In this document: positions 25,276-34,429 of the stretch, one piece after another
Position numbering within the stretch: position 1 is the stretch's first letter
How the letters are laid out: every line of letters starts with the position of its first letter
Virus record (IMG/VR): IMGVR_UViG_2913177423_000001
Coordinates: 19,415-83,414 of that record
Reading direction: 5' to 3' (one strand)
DNA length: 64,000 nucleotides
DNA from: a virus
Taxonomy: Duplodnaviria; Heunggongvirae; Uroviricota; Caudoviricetes
Position numbers and translations under genes: made by a program
Notes under the pieces: model-generated
Databases searched by the model: none
Told to the model about the DNA's origin: nothing
What the model saw: only the letters and a program-made list of their open reading frames with translations

Positions 25276-25895
25276 GCTGACATCCTCTGAGACATAAACT
25301 CCACAAAACGAACTGCATCTTCAGAAACAACGCCGCATGACTTCAGATAATTCATTGCGTCATTAGGTAGCGGATTAGTTGGTTCGGCATTTGCCAGGGG
25401 TTGAGATAAACGCGTGATTAATTTGACCATTCTCCGCTGCCGGAGGTTGTATCCTTCAGCTAAAGACAGGTAACTGGAAAGGGTATTGCTTAAGCGGGCG
25501 CGAAGCTGATCCGTGCCGTGACATTCAATAGCAACATCACGTAACGCATCGACCAGTTCACGGTAAATATGCGCAGCCATTCTGCAATCTGAGTCAGACG
25601 GCGCTTCATAAATTACCGTCAGCTCCAGTTTTTCAGCCAGGGCGTGTTCTGCTCGTGCTCCTGCGGACGCTTCCCAGCCATTAAGCAGATAGATAGCATC
25701 AGCAGAACGCACCATTGCCAGGCAAATATCCATGTATTCGCTCTGACAAAGGCCACCAGGTAATACCGCCGGATTAAGAACGATATGCCCTTCAGCCATC
25801 AGCTCGCTCGCTTTCGCATTAAACGCCGCGCGGTTGTAATCTGGATAACCAGTCATCGGACCCGCGATGTAAATTTTCAAAACACGTTTCACCAT
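25272..25895 (-). CDS. DUF4406-like protein (nucleoside 2-deoxyribosyltransferase-like fold) with C-terminal extension
   Basis: N-terminus KIYIAGPMTGYPDYNRAAF ... YLLNGWEASAGARAEHALAEKLELTV; start moved to ATG 25895 overlapping leader ORF stop. Confidence 0.55.
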   Translation of the reverse strand: MVKRVLKIYIAGPMTGYPDYNRAAFNAKASELMAEGHIVLNPAVLPGGLCQSEYMDICLAMVRSADAIYLLNGWEASAGARAEHALAEKLELTVIYEAPSDSDCRMAAHIYRELVDALRDVAIECHGTDQLRARLSNTLSSYLSLAEGYNLRQRRMVKLITRLSQPLANAEPTNPLPNDAMNYLKSCGVVSEDAVRFVEFMSQRMSA

Positions 25896-26050
25896 CAAAA
25901 TTTCCCCAGCATCGTGACGCAAAACATAAGCACTGCAAAAAGCTCAATACCAAGCTCAAGTAGCGCCAACGCGCCGAAAAACAGCACATAAAACAGGCCG
26001 ATCTCATTCACAGGTGGCTGGTGGATCGCACTTAAGGCTATAAGCATCAT
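25895..26050 (-). CDS. hypothetical small hydrophobic leader protein (51 aa)
   Basis: GGAGGA RBS then ATGATG; two TM-like segments; stop overlaps downstream start; not in ORF track (below cutoff). Confidence 0.3.
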   Translation of the reverse strand: MMLIALSAIHQPPVNEIGLFYVLFFGALALLELGIELFAVLMFCVTMLGKF

Positions 26051-26086
26051 GTCCTCCAAACAGTAAACAGCGACTGATATTAATGT

Positions 26087-26123
26087 TTTGTGTTAGAAAA
26101 TCAATTTTGAATATCTAACAAAT
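26087..26123. promoter_or_regulatory. inverted pair of operator-like motifs between divergent operons
   Basis: TTTGTGTTAGAAAATCAATTTT and inverted GAATATCTAACAAAT. Confidence 0.55.
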
Positions 26124-26168
26124 ATGATCAATCATAAAAAAATCGCTGATAAGTAAGAGGCAGCCAAC

Positions 26169-26747
26169 ATGCAGAGACAGAGTTATTGGGAGAAACAGAG
26201 ACAAAAAGCCATGCAAAAACTGGCTGATCCGGAATGGCGGGAAGAGCAAAGGGCAAAACGTCTTCAGCAGGCTCAACGCCAGCAGCAACGCGCAAGGGAA
26301 AAAGCCGCATCGCCTGAATATCGTCAAAAGAAACTTGAAAAAGTGAGGCAAAGTGAACAGCGCAGAAGAGAGAGGGCGGCGTCAGCCCTCCCCAAAAAAA
26401 CGCGCCCGTCACGCGGATTAAAAGGGAGATCACTCACAGCAGAAGAGCGCCGGATACAGGAGGCTATAGGCAAACTCCCCTGTATTGCCTGCCATCTTCA
26501 CGGGAAGCATAGCCCTGTCGTATCTCTCCACCACATATTTGGCAGAACGGCTAAAGATGCCCATAAATACGTTCTCCCTTTGTGTAAATGGCACCACCAG
26601 CACGCAGCGCCAGCAGAGATCCGCGAACAATATCCCTGGTTGGTTCCTGTTCATGCTGATGGAAAAATAGGCGGGAAAGCAGATTTTATACGGCACAATG
26701 CCGAAGAGATGACGCTCTATCAGACGGTGCAAGAAATGGTGAATTAA
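26169..26747 (+). CDS. ref: Ref-like HNH endonuclease (recombination enhancement function)
   Basis: basic/Gln-rich N-terminal half; C-terminal HNH-like CIACHLHGKHSPVVSLHHI ... LPLCKWHHQ; operator upstream as for P1 ref. Confidence 0.7.
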   Translation: MQRQSYWEKQRQKAMQKLADPEWREEQRAKRLQQAQRQQQRAREKAASPEYRQKKLEKVRQSEQRRRERAASALPKKTRPSRGLKGRSLTAEERRIQEAIGKLPCIACHLHGKHSPVVSLHHIFGRTAKDAHKYVLPLCKWHHQHAAPAEIREQYPWLVPVHADGKIGGKADFIRHNAEEMTLYQTVQEMVN

Positions 26748-26763
26748 TTTTCTAACATTTTAT
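26741..26763 (-). promoter_or_regulatory. operator-like motif (rc ATGTTAGAAAATTAATTC)
   Basis: motif copy overlapping ref stop. Confidence 0.5.
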
Positions 26764-27078
26764 GTTGAGTTTGAAATTTACTGATTGTACATTTTGATTA
26801 GATTGGTTCACCGCTCGACGCAACGAGACAAATCCTCAAGGATTTCGTATGATTGCCAATGTCATAGTTATGGCAGCGCAATACAGGTGGCTAAAAGCCC
26901 CCGTTGACTCACGGTGTTCCAACCTGTATTGCGCCGCCACCAGACCGTGGAACAGTCTGTGACGGCTTCGAAAGCAAGGAGTCACTATGAACAATTACAA
27001 ACTTTTCCCATCACTCACCGTCTACTCACGCAATAACCTGCGTTCTTTGCTCCCATCAAAACTGGAGGGAGTATCAAA

Positions 27079-27246
27079 ATGACCGTTCGCTACCTGAATT
27101 ATCAAATCCAGAACATCACTGGCGGTTGCTATGACTGGTTTGTCACTCTTGGTAAAGAAGTGATCACCGGGAAGCTGGATGAAGTGAAAGCTAAAGCAAT
27201 GGCCTACGCCTGCAAGCAAGCCCAAAAGAAGAAAAGAAAAGCATAA
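27079..27246 (+). CDS. hypothetical small basic protein (55 aa)
   Basis: GGAGGGAG RBS 7 nt upstream; MTVRYLNYQIQNITGGCYDWFVTLGKE...KKKRKA; below ORF-track cutoff. Confidence 0.35.
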   Translation: MTVRYLNYQIQNITGGCYDWFVTLGKEVITGKLDEVKAKAMAYACKQAQKKKRKA

Positions 27247-27289
27247 GAAAACACACTGTTGCGCCCTGGCATTATCGTGGGGTATATTT

Positions 27290-27425
27290 CTACGGCACCT
27301 TAGAAAAACGGGTGCCGGGATTGGTCTCCCGGTAATGTCAAAGGCGACACATAGACGCCGCAAGCGTCTTTTTTGTTGTCGGCGCACTCGCACACCTATC
27401 AATGGTGGGCTGTGTGGTGGCTTCC
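27290..27425 (+). ncRNA. candidate C4-like antisense regulatory RNA in immI-like leader
   Basis: TTGGTCT (27327) and GTGGGCTGTGTGG (27399) complementary to AGACCAA and CCACACAGTCCAC 60-80 nt upstream of icd-like RBS; hairpins and T-run at 27352-27378. Confidence 0.25.
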
Positions 27426-27538
27426 TCGGAAGCGCCGGTTCCCTTTGACGCCGGTAAGACCAACTCCACACAGTCCACCGCCAGTAAGATTGGTCTCTTC
27501 GGCGGTGGTATCGTTCACTGTCAAAGGAGGCTGCCAAT

Positions 27539-27754
27539 ATGGCTACTACCCCTACCCCAACTCATTCTGAATTTATCTGGCGTTTCTATTCCTGCCAAAA
27601 ACACCTGTATATCTGCGTAATGGCTGCTACCGAAGCAGAAGCTCGCTCATACCTTCCTGATACTCCCTGCATTTTTGCTGCCCGCTTCACTCTTGATGCG
27701 ATGGAGATCCTCAATTACTGGAATCTGCCGATGAACTGCGTGGAGGTGCACTGA
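27539..27754 (+). CDS. icd: Icd-like cell division inhibitor
   Basis: 71 aa; pattern FIWRFYSC ... ATEAEARSYLP ... CIFAARF; AGGAGG RBS; stop overlaps ant start. Confidence 0.55.
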   Translation: MATTPTPTHSEFIWRFYSCQKHLYICVMAATEAEARSYLPDTPCIFAARFTLDAMEILNYWNLPMNCVEVH

Positions 27755-28680
27755 TGAATCTGTCCATCTCTCAAAAAGCGACAATGACCAGCATTGAGAT
27801 CGCGGAGCTGGTAGGTAAGCGTCCTGATAACGTTAAACGCACCATTGAACACCTAGCGGAACGGGGCGTAATATCTTTTCCTCAAATTGAGGAAAAGCCC
27901 ACCGCAGGGCGCCCGGCGAGCTATTACGTCTTCGAAGGCGAGCAAGGCAAGCGCGACAGCATTATTGTCGTCGCACAGCTTTCTCCTGAATTTACCGCCC
28001 GGCTGGTGGACCGCTGGCGCGAACTGGAGAATGCCAGGGGACCGTTAAAAACAAAGGCCGAAATTCTGGCTGAAATGGCGCAAATGCATCTTGAGCATGA
28101 ACGCAGGATCAACGCCGTAAATGCCCAGGTAGCCGAAGTTTCGGCACAAGTGTCCAGGGTCGCTGAAACCGTCGAGCAAATAAAGAAAGGCAATATGCCG
28201 GAAGGTTACATTGGCTACCGCCAGCTGGCGGCGAAATGTGGCTTGACTGAAGCCAAATGTCGCAACCTGGTCAACGCTTACCGTATCCCCACCGATACGC
28301 ATGAGTTTTTAACGCCCGATGGTTTGCTTGCCCGACGCTCCATTGTGGCCCTGGCCCCCTTCCGGAAAGCCTTTAAGCAGGTTATGTCGGAGGCCGAACC
28401 ACGTAATAAACGCTGGTATCATCCAAAAATGGGCCTCTTTCAGGCAATCCACCATCCTTTACCGAAAATCCCAAAAGATAATCTGTCACTGCATACAGCC
28501 AGAGAGAAGATCAGAAGTGGATATGCAACGGTATGCCGTCGTGCCTCATGGTCTGAAGGTGTATGGGTATGGCCCGAAGGCGGATCAAGGAAGCACTGGC
28601 GCACTATCCGAGATGGTAAAATTCATGCTATTGATTTAGCGCCAGAGGATATGGTTGCTATGGACTGGATTGTTAGTTAA
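27754..28680 (+). CDS. ant: antirepressor (Rha/Ant family N-terminal domain)
   Basis: N-terminus MTSIEIAELVGKRPDNVKRTIEHLAERGVI typical of Rha-type antirepressors. Confidence 0.7.
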   Translation: MNLSISQKATMTSIEIAELVGKRPDNVKRTIEHLAERGVISFPQIEEKPTAGRPASYYVFEGEQGKRDSIIVVAQLSPEFTARLVDRWRELENARGPLKTKAEILAEMAQMHLEHERRINAVNAQVAEVSAQVSRVAETVEQIKKGNMPEGYIGYRQLAAKCGLTEAKCRNLVNAYRIPTDTHEFLTPDGLLARRSIVALAPFRKAFKQVMSEAEPRNKRWYHPKMGLFQAIHHPLPKIPKDNLSLHTAREKIRSGYATVCRRASWSEGVWVWPEGGSRKHWRTIRDGKIHAIDLAPEDMVAMDWIVS

Positions 28681-28687
28681 TTACTGT

Positions 28688-28711
28688 TGCCCCGGCCTGT
28701 CCGGGGCTTTA
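28688..28711 (+). terminator. intrinsic terminator after ant
   Basis: hairpin GCCCCGGCC-TGT-CCGGGGC plus TTT. Confidence 0.5.
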
Positions 28712-28739
28712 ACTGCTAAATAATCGGATTCTCCGCACG

Positions 28740-29051
28740 ATGAAGAAAATAGATTTCACTTACTCTGCCGCCACAGTCCAGCGACGTTTCAGTCTCATAA
28801 GGGAAGTGGAACTATCAAAAACCGGGTATCAGGTTCTGTTGGATGAAGAGTTATCACTGATGGTAATAGCAGAAAAATTGGCTATGCCGAATGATCGGCA
28901 CAAAGTCATTGCAAGCCTTGACCTGGTAACAAACAGATACTGGGAAGCAGAGGGACCACATGGAGATGGTGTAATACGCGAAATGATTGAACAAGCGACG
29001 CCCCTACGCTATCGGATACGAAATGAAGTCACCATAATTGAAAGGTCTTAA
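28740..29051 (+). CDS. hypothetical protein (103 aa)
   Basis: ATG ORF, no recognised domain. Confidence 0.5.
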   Translation: MKKIDFTYSAATVQRRFSLIREVELSKTGYQVLLDEELSLMVIAEKLAMPNDRHKVIASLDLVTNRYWEAEGPHGDGVIREMIEQATPLRYRIRNEVTIIERS

Positions 29052-29182
29052 CGATAGTCTGCCACGAATAGTAACTTCCACTGCCTTAAGTTATTTAATT
29101 GCATTACAAAGTGTAAATTAGTAATATTAGAGTCTCACACAGCACTATAACTATATGTTTTTTATGTAAAAGGACGATAATT

Positions 29183-29533
29183 TTGGCTACTAAAGTTAAA
29201 CTAGAAAATCCGCAAACTGGCGAGTCAATAACAGGTTTTTATGGCTTTTCCTGGACTACATTCTTGTTTGGCGCTTTTCCAGCTTTGTTCAGGAAAGACT
29301 TTATAACTTTTGTTGGGGTATTCGTTGTGATGCTGATACTGGCATGCCTCACATTCGGAATTGGCCCTTGGATAGCCTCGTTTATCTGGGCGTTCATGTA
29401 CAATAAATATTTCACCGTAAATAAGATAAAACAAGGATTCGTATTTGCTAGTTCTCACACAGAAAATGAGTTAGCCGCCAGCAAACTTGGATTAGCCTTA
29501 AATCAAAACAACTGCAAAACTATTACCGCGTGA
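29183..29533 (+). CDS. small inner-membrane protein (DUF2628-like)
   Basis: two TM segments; motif GFYGFSWTTFLFGAFPALFRK. Confidence 0.5.
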   Translation: MATKVKLENPQTGESITGFYGFSWTTFLFGAFPALFRKDFITFVGVFVVMLILACLTFGIGPWIASFIWAFMYNKYFTVNKIKQGFVFASSHTENELAASKLGLALNQNNCKTITA

Positions 29534-29537
29534 AACC

Positions 29538-29570
29538 AAAAAAGCAGGCTTATTTTAAGCCTGCTTTTTC
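29538..29570. terminator. bidirectional intrinsic terminator
   Basis: hairpin AAAGCAGGCTT-ATTTTA-AGCCTGCTTT with T-runs both strands. Confidence 0.7.
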
Positions 29571-29575
29571 GATTA

Positions 29576-30451
29576 CTAGTCCTGCTGACAATTAAGGAAC
29601 ATAAACGCACGTTTGTCCGTTAAATCAGTAACATAATATTCACGAATACCATTCGGTTTTATGCGGCGAGCATACACAAACTTATGAACTGGCTGGTCGC
29701 TGCCATAACTAACCTCAGTGCGAAATTCATCGACCGTGCTACCATCCTTTTCTGTCTCTTTGCGTATCAGTTTATTGTTCAGATCTGGCTGAGTCTCATC
29801 CATTCCGCTAAATGCATCTTGCCCGGTACTATTACCCCGGTTGCCACGTGGTAAATCCCACGAAAAATAAGTCCCATAGTCTGTAATTACCTGATCCCAC
29901 GCCCCGGTTTCATCCATATAATGACTACGCTTCCCTTGGTATGTTACGTCAACCTTACAGGAAAACGTTGGCGCGCTATTACTTGCAGCTGAGGCCGTTG
30001 AAGATTGTGTAACACTGCCATTGTTGGCATTTCCATAGTTCCAGCCATCATGCAACGCTTTAACCCACAGATTAGTCAGGGATAGCGTAACATCATTCCC
30101 CAACGCCTGGCTGATTCGAAGCCTCTGTATCCGGCGTAACCCATACTCATAGGCTTCATCGTCATTAATCACTCGCCCACGTTGAGCGGCTACCACCCCA
30201 GATTGCCACGCACGATTAATTTCACGAATAAGATACACTTGTGGATCAACGCCGTATCTGTTGTATTCATAGTAAAGGCTCATTGCGCCGTGTTGGCTCT
30301 GGTATTCATTAGCCCATGATATAACCGCGTTTCTTCCATAATCCGCGAGCGCAGAATGACTTGACAGAAGAAGAGCAACGCCAACAGTCTTCAGTAATTT
30401 GAATCGGCACAACTTTTTAATAATACGATTGGGAAATGTTTTTTTGCTCAC
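29576..30451 (-). CDS. secreted protein of unknown function (291 aa, signal peptide)
   Basis: GTG start; basic N-region then TVGVALLLSSHSALA; stand-alone gene between terminator and non-coding DNA. Confidence 0.6.
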   Translation of the reverse strand: MSKKTFPNRIIKKLCRFKLLKTVGVALLLSSHSALADYGRNAVISWANEYQSQHGAMSLYYEYNRYGVDPQVYLIREINRAWQSGVVAAQRGRVINDDEAYEYGLRRIQRLRISQALGNDVTLSLTNLWVKALHDGWNYGNANNGSVTQSSTASAASNSAPTFSCKVDVTYQGKRSHYMDETGAWDQVITDYGTYFSWDLPRGNRGNSTGQDAFSGMDETQPDLNNKLIRKETEKDGSTVDEFRTEVSYGSDQPVHKFVYARRIKPNGIREYYVTDLTDKRAFMFLNCQQD

Positions 30452-30732
30452 TTTTCAACCTTTTGCCACAAATCCAGACCAACTACCTAATAATAATAAC
30501 TAACCACTCTGTTTTTTTGATAAGCACCAAATCGTTTACAAAAAAAATAGCAAATGACTATTGACACTATTCTGGAAATCACAAACTGCACATAATCCAT
30601 CGCGCTAACGGCTCCCGTTGAAGGTTCTTTTGACGATTAACTTTCAGCCGAAGCGCGGTAGGGAGTCATAACGCCAAAGCAGGCCGCCATGTGCGGCCTT
30701 TTTTTGTATCCGTCATCCGTGGAGGAAGGACA

Positions 30733-31386
30733 ATGGAAAAGATCGCAATATTCAGCCTGACCACCAGCAAACCGCAAATGCTCACTGCAATACTGAAAGA
30801 CGGCGCTCTCGTGATTAACGAAGTAAAACCCCTTCCCGCGTCAGCATTGGAACAAAAGCAAAAAATTCCTCCAGCTATAGCAGCCCTGCGGAAAAGCAAA
30901 TTTAAGGTGCTGGTTGACGAAATTACGCCAACGATCTCCGCTGGCACCGGAGCAAGCCAGGTAACACTCAAGACACGTCATGCCGACGGCAGAGCTGCGA
31001 TCATCGTAGGGATGGAAAGATACAGAGAGCTAAAACTCCAGAAGCTATTATCCCTGCCGCAAAATAACAAAGGAGCTTTCGAAATCCCCGACTCCATCGT
31101 TGACACCGAATACAACGGTAACGGAGAAGAAGTCTACCGAGTGAACTGGCAGGATATCAGGCCGGAACATATTCTGATGATCCTGTGTTGCTACGCGACC
31201 GTATACCACAACGTTGCCAGCGCGGATTACGTGGAACAGATGACAGGCACAGTCGAGAAAGAGCACAAAACAGGCATCCTCGCTTCGTTCCTGTCCATTA
31301 TTGGGCATGAAAAGGTTAAAGCAGGCACCTCCCAGCCAAAGTCACTGGCTGGGAAAGAAGTTGATGAAGATACCGTGATACTTTGA
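30733..31386 (+). CDS. hypothetical protein (217 aa)
   Basis: start moved to ATG with GGAGGAAGG RBS. Confidence 0.55.
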   Translation: MEKIAIFSLTTSKPQMLTAILKDGALVINEVKPLPASALEQKQKIPPAIAALRKSKFKVLVDEITPTISAGTGASQVTLKTRHADGRAAIIVGMERYRELKLQKLLSLPQNNKGAFEIPDSIVDTEYNGNGEEVYRVNWQDIRPEHILMILCCYATVYHNVASADYVEQMTGTVEKEHKTGILASFLSIIGHEKVKAGTSQPKSLAGKEVDEDTVIL

Positions 31387-31715
31387 TCACATCAGTAGCT
31401 TTGTTAACTCCCTCAATACCAGGTAGAAGAGTAACAAAAATACTGACGCCAGTATTTGCGTGGTCAATGAAGCGTTCATAAACAGATCAATTAGCATTAT
31501 TAATTCGAAAATAACATCCATGTCATTCGCTCAGTTTAATTTTTAATCTACTGCCAGTAAGTAATGAAGCTGGCCCCGCATAAAGATTAATGAAAGTCAC
31601 TTGTCACCAGTGAGGGGATTTATGAATCACATCTCCCTGAGCTGGTGGCCTGTCTGTTTCTCGCATTTCACACCCTGCATACAGTTTCCCCAGGTTATGA
31701 CTGAGGATTTTTGTT

Positions 31716-32045
31716 ATGGGCTATAGCAGACTCGACGATCGATACATTGAAGACGATATTCTGCGCGCACTGTTCCACCAGGAGATGATTAAACGGGTAT
31801 CGGAATATCACCCGGATAACTTCCAGTACACGATAAAAATTGATGAAGTCTATCGTTCAGACCTGGCTGCCTACCGGGCGTATGGGAACGCAGATTTACG
31901 CTGGGTATTCAGAGTGCTGGTGGGGCATGAATCAGAAATGGAAGAAATGCCCGCCGGGACCACGTTAACTCTCCCTGATGTGGCATGGCTGAGAAACAAG
32001 ATCCGTGATTATGCTGGCGCTGAACCGGAGATAAAAAATGCCTGA
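31716..32045 (+). CDS. hypothetical protein (109 aa); C-terminus weakly resembles LysM-like tail protein X
   Basis: ends ...AGTTLTLPDVAWL; stop overlaps next ORF start. Confidence 0.45.
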   Translation: MGYSRLDDRYIEDDILRALFHQEMIKRVSEYHPDNFQYTIKIDEVYRSDLAAYRAYGNADLRWVFRVLVGHESEMEEMPAGTTLTLPDVAWLRNKIRDYAGAEPEIKNA

Positions 32046-33234
32046 TTTCCTGAAAAACCAGGACGGGCGCTATATCACTGACGGCCTGTCCTCTAAGGAC
32101 TTCACGCGTATATTCGACCTTATCAGGAAAGAACAAACCCGTAAGCGCCGACAAGCTCACCGAACGCTTACACCTGGCAGACTGAGGAACAAATCCGCCG
32201 AAGATATTCTCAAGTTAGGGAAGAAGAAAGGCGGCACGTTCTTTACGCGAGACGATCTGAAAGGTTTCGAAAAGCTACGGAGTAAAACGCGCGAAAAATA
32301 TGACAGCAAGACGGCTGGCATTACATACGCCCAGCTGGTGGCGTCCAGCCAGGCTATCGATATTAAGCGTGCAAATAACGCCGTAGACGACGGTTCCGGT
32401 ATCAAAAGAGCTACGCCCGTATCTCTTCGCCACAACGTGATTAATATCCGCGTAGAAGCATCAGATATATCCGTCCACCAGCATCATATCGTCCGGATAC
32501 GCTTTGAAGAATGGGATCAGATGGTCGATGACATCGCAGAAGACGATAAATCAGCCCTGAAAGTCACTAAATCACTGTGTGCTGGGCGGGTATCTTTCGA
32601 TTGTGACTGTGGTCGTCATCAATACTGGTATCGTTACATCGCCACTGCGGGTAACTTTGCCCTGGCACCGCCAAAAGAATACGCCTATCCAAAAGTTCGC
32701 AACCCGAAGCTGCAAGGCGTCGCCTGTAAACACGTGATCCACTCAATGACGCGGTTACAGTCCGCCAGTTGGCAAATGAGTATTGCTCGTGCGCTACAAA
32801 AGGCTGCAACGCAAATTGCATTTGGTGACGATCGCCGCCGTACAACCAAACACTTCTCAAAAGAAGACGAGAAGGAGTTTAATCGCAATCGTAGCAGTAA
32901 AACGAACGTTGAAGCCGCCAAACGCGAATGGAGGCTCTATCAGAAACGCCAGGCCGCTTTAAGCACAAAACTGGCAAAGGACAACGGCAAGATTGACATG
33001 CTACGTGACCAGCTGACCAGGGCCAGAAAGTTGTCAGACGCACAGAAAAAACGAGCGGCAGCAAAAGAAGCGGCCTTGCAACGCGAGAAACAGAAAAACA
33101 AGGAGCTTCAGCAACGCCTTGCCGATCAGTTCGCACTGAAGAAGCAGGCGTTCATTGATGCGCTTGTCATGGCAGGAACGTCACCTGAGCAAGCTGAAAA
33201 AATGTTTATGGAGTATGTGAAGAAAGGTTCTTAA
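32038..33234 (+). CDS. SWIM-type zinc-finger protein with basic coiled-coil C-terminus
   Basis: CxC-N27-CxH pattern (FDCDCGRHQYW ... ACKHVIH). Confidence 0.55.
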   Translation: MPDFLKNQDGRYITDGLSSKDFTRIFDLIRKEQTRKRRQAHRTLTPGRLRNKSAEDILKLGKKKGGTFFTRDDLKGFEKLRSKTREKYDSKTAGITYAQLVASSQAIDIKRANNAVDDGSGIKRATPVSLRHNVINIRVEASDISVHQHHIVRIRFEEWDQMVDDIAEDDKSALKVTKSLCAGRVSFDCDCGRHQYWYRYIATAGNFALAPPKEYAYPKVRNPKLQGVACKHVIHSMTRLQSASWQMSIARALQKAATQIAFGDDRRRTTKHFSKEDEKEFNRNRSSKTNVEAAKREWRLYQKRQAALSTKLAKDNGKIDMLRDQLTRARKLSDAQKKRAAAKEAALQREKQKNKELQQRLADQFALKKQAFIDALVMAGTSPEQAEKMFMEYVKKGS

Positions 33235-33242
33235 TTTACAAC

Positions 33243-33266
33243 AAAGGCGGTTATCCCGCCTTTTAT
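33243..33266. terminator. bidirectional intrinsic terminator
   Basis: hairpin AAAGGCGG-TTATC-CCGCCTTT plus T-run. Confidence 0.65.
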
Positions 33267-33267
33267 A

Positions 33268-34017
33268 TTACTTGTCCTTTGATGTCGATTGAGACTCATA
33301 TATTGCCTCTACGTCATCTATTAGTTTATTAATACCCCACAATCCAGTGTCTTTATAAAAATCGCTTTCTTCAATTGCTTTTAATAAATCGGCAAAATCT
33401 TCTTGGGTGGAAATTCTTTTCTTTTTTGCTTTATATACATCGACAATTACTTTTATGCCGTGATACAGAGCCACTCTGGCACTCTCAATCTCTCTCTTCT
33501 TCTCTTCAATTGCAGACAATAATTTATATTGATCTTCTGTTTGCTTTTCTAGACTTAAAAGCTTGTTCTCTTTTTGCTTCAGGTTGATCTGCAATTCTTT
33601 TATTCTTGCTCTCTCTTCTAAATCAAACTCATAGTCAATGTATCTGATTCTTGCATAGTTCCTCCCTGTTGCTTTTGATATACACATTGTTATATAAGGC
33701 ATTACCACTGACGCAGTGGTTCCATATATAAATGGCATAACAAAATGAGCCACAAACGGAGATACAACGATGGGACCAATATAAGGAAAGTGATATTTCT
33801 CGCCAACCCATACTATAGACAATGTTGTATATATATCGTACTTTGATTTAAATAAAATAATAATATCCTGCCAGTTAACGACAAAAAAAGAAACCACAAC
33901 ATATGCAAACAACTTATTAAATAACTTGTCTCTTATGGCTTCTTCGATTGTGTTCTTGACTGTGACATTTTCATCTTTATTTTCTAGTGATGAATCTTTG
34001 CTCATATAAACAATCAA
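33268..34017 (-). CDS. AT-rich membrane protein with cytoplasmic coiled-coil domain
   Basis: about 32 percent GC against the element background; 2-3 N-terminal TM helices then charged coiled coil; start may be internal ATG at 34005. Confidence 0.55.
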   Translation of the reverse strand: MIVYMSKDSSLENKDENVTVKNTIEEAIRDKLFNKLFAYVVVSFFVVNWQDIIILFKSKYDIYTTLSIVWVGEKYHFPYIGPIVVSPFVAHFVMPFIYGTTASVVMPYITMCISKATGRNYARIRYIDYEFDLEERARIKELQINLKQKENKLLSLEKQTEDQYKLLSAIEEKKREIESARVALYHGIKVIVDVYKAKKKRISTQEDFADLLKAIEESDFYKDTGLWGINKLIDDVEAIYESQSTSKDK

Positions 34018-34066
34018 ACCTTCTTATCTTTATTTTTGGTAAAGGCGGTCATCCAGACCGCCAAAC

Positions 34067-34426
34067 TCAAACACCAACCAGGCTTTCAAGAGGAATACCA
34101 AACTGGGAATGTAAACGACGAATCATAGGTAACGTCAAATTTCGTGTCCCATTAAGCACTTCGTAAACACGGTTTGACTTACCAATTGCCGGTTCCAGAT
34201 CCTTCACTGTCAGCCCTTGCTGTTCCATACGAAACTTAATGGCTTCAATAGGTGATGGTGGCTCTATTGGGTAATGCTTTTTCTCGTACTCTTCAATGAG
34301 CAGGCACATTACTTCAAAGAAATCGCCTTCCGGTGTGTTCATTTCCGGTTCGTTATCGAACATCGGTTCGACCGCACGCAGTGCGGCCTCATAATCTTGT
34401 TCTGTACGGATAGGTTTAATGTTCAT
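34067..34426 (-). CDS. higA: HigA-family antitoxin (HTH-XRE)
   Basis: 119 aa; C-terminal HTH LTVKDLEPAIGKSNRVYEVLNGTRNLTLPMIRRL; directly downstream of HigB-like ORF. Confidence 0.7.
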   Translation of the reverse strand: MNIKPIRTEQDYEAALRAVEPMFDNEPEMNTPEGDFFEVMCLLIEEYEKKHYPIEPPSPIEAIKFRMEQQGLTVKDLEPAIGKSNRVYEVLNGTRNLTLPMIRRLHSQFGIPLESLVGV

Positions 34427-34429
34427 GAT

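Noticed and set aside
27022-27537. 171-aa minus-strand ORF
   Set aside because: Antisense to the immI-like leader and to the small plus-strand ORF with a good RBS; Arg-rich nonsense-like translation
30666-30971. 101-aa minus-strand ORF
   Set aside because: Overlaps the start of the better-supported plus-strand gene at 30733 and an upstream terminator hairpin; no RBS
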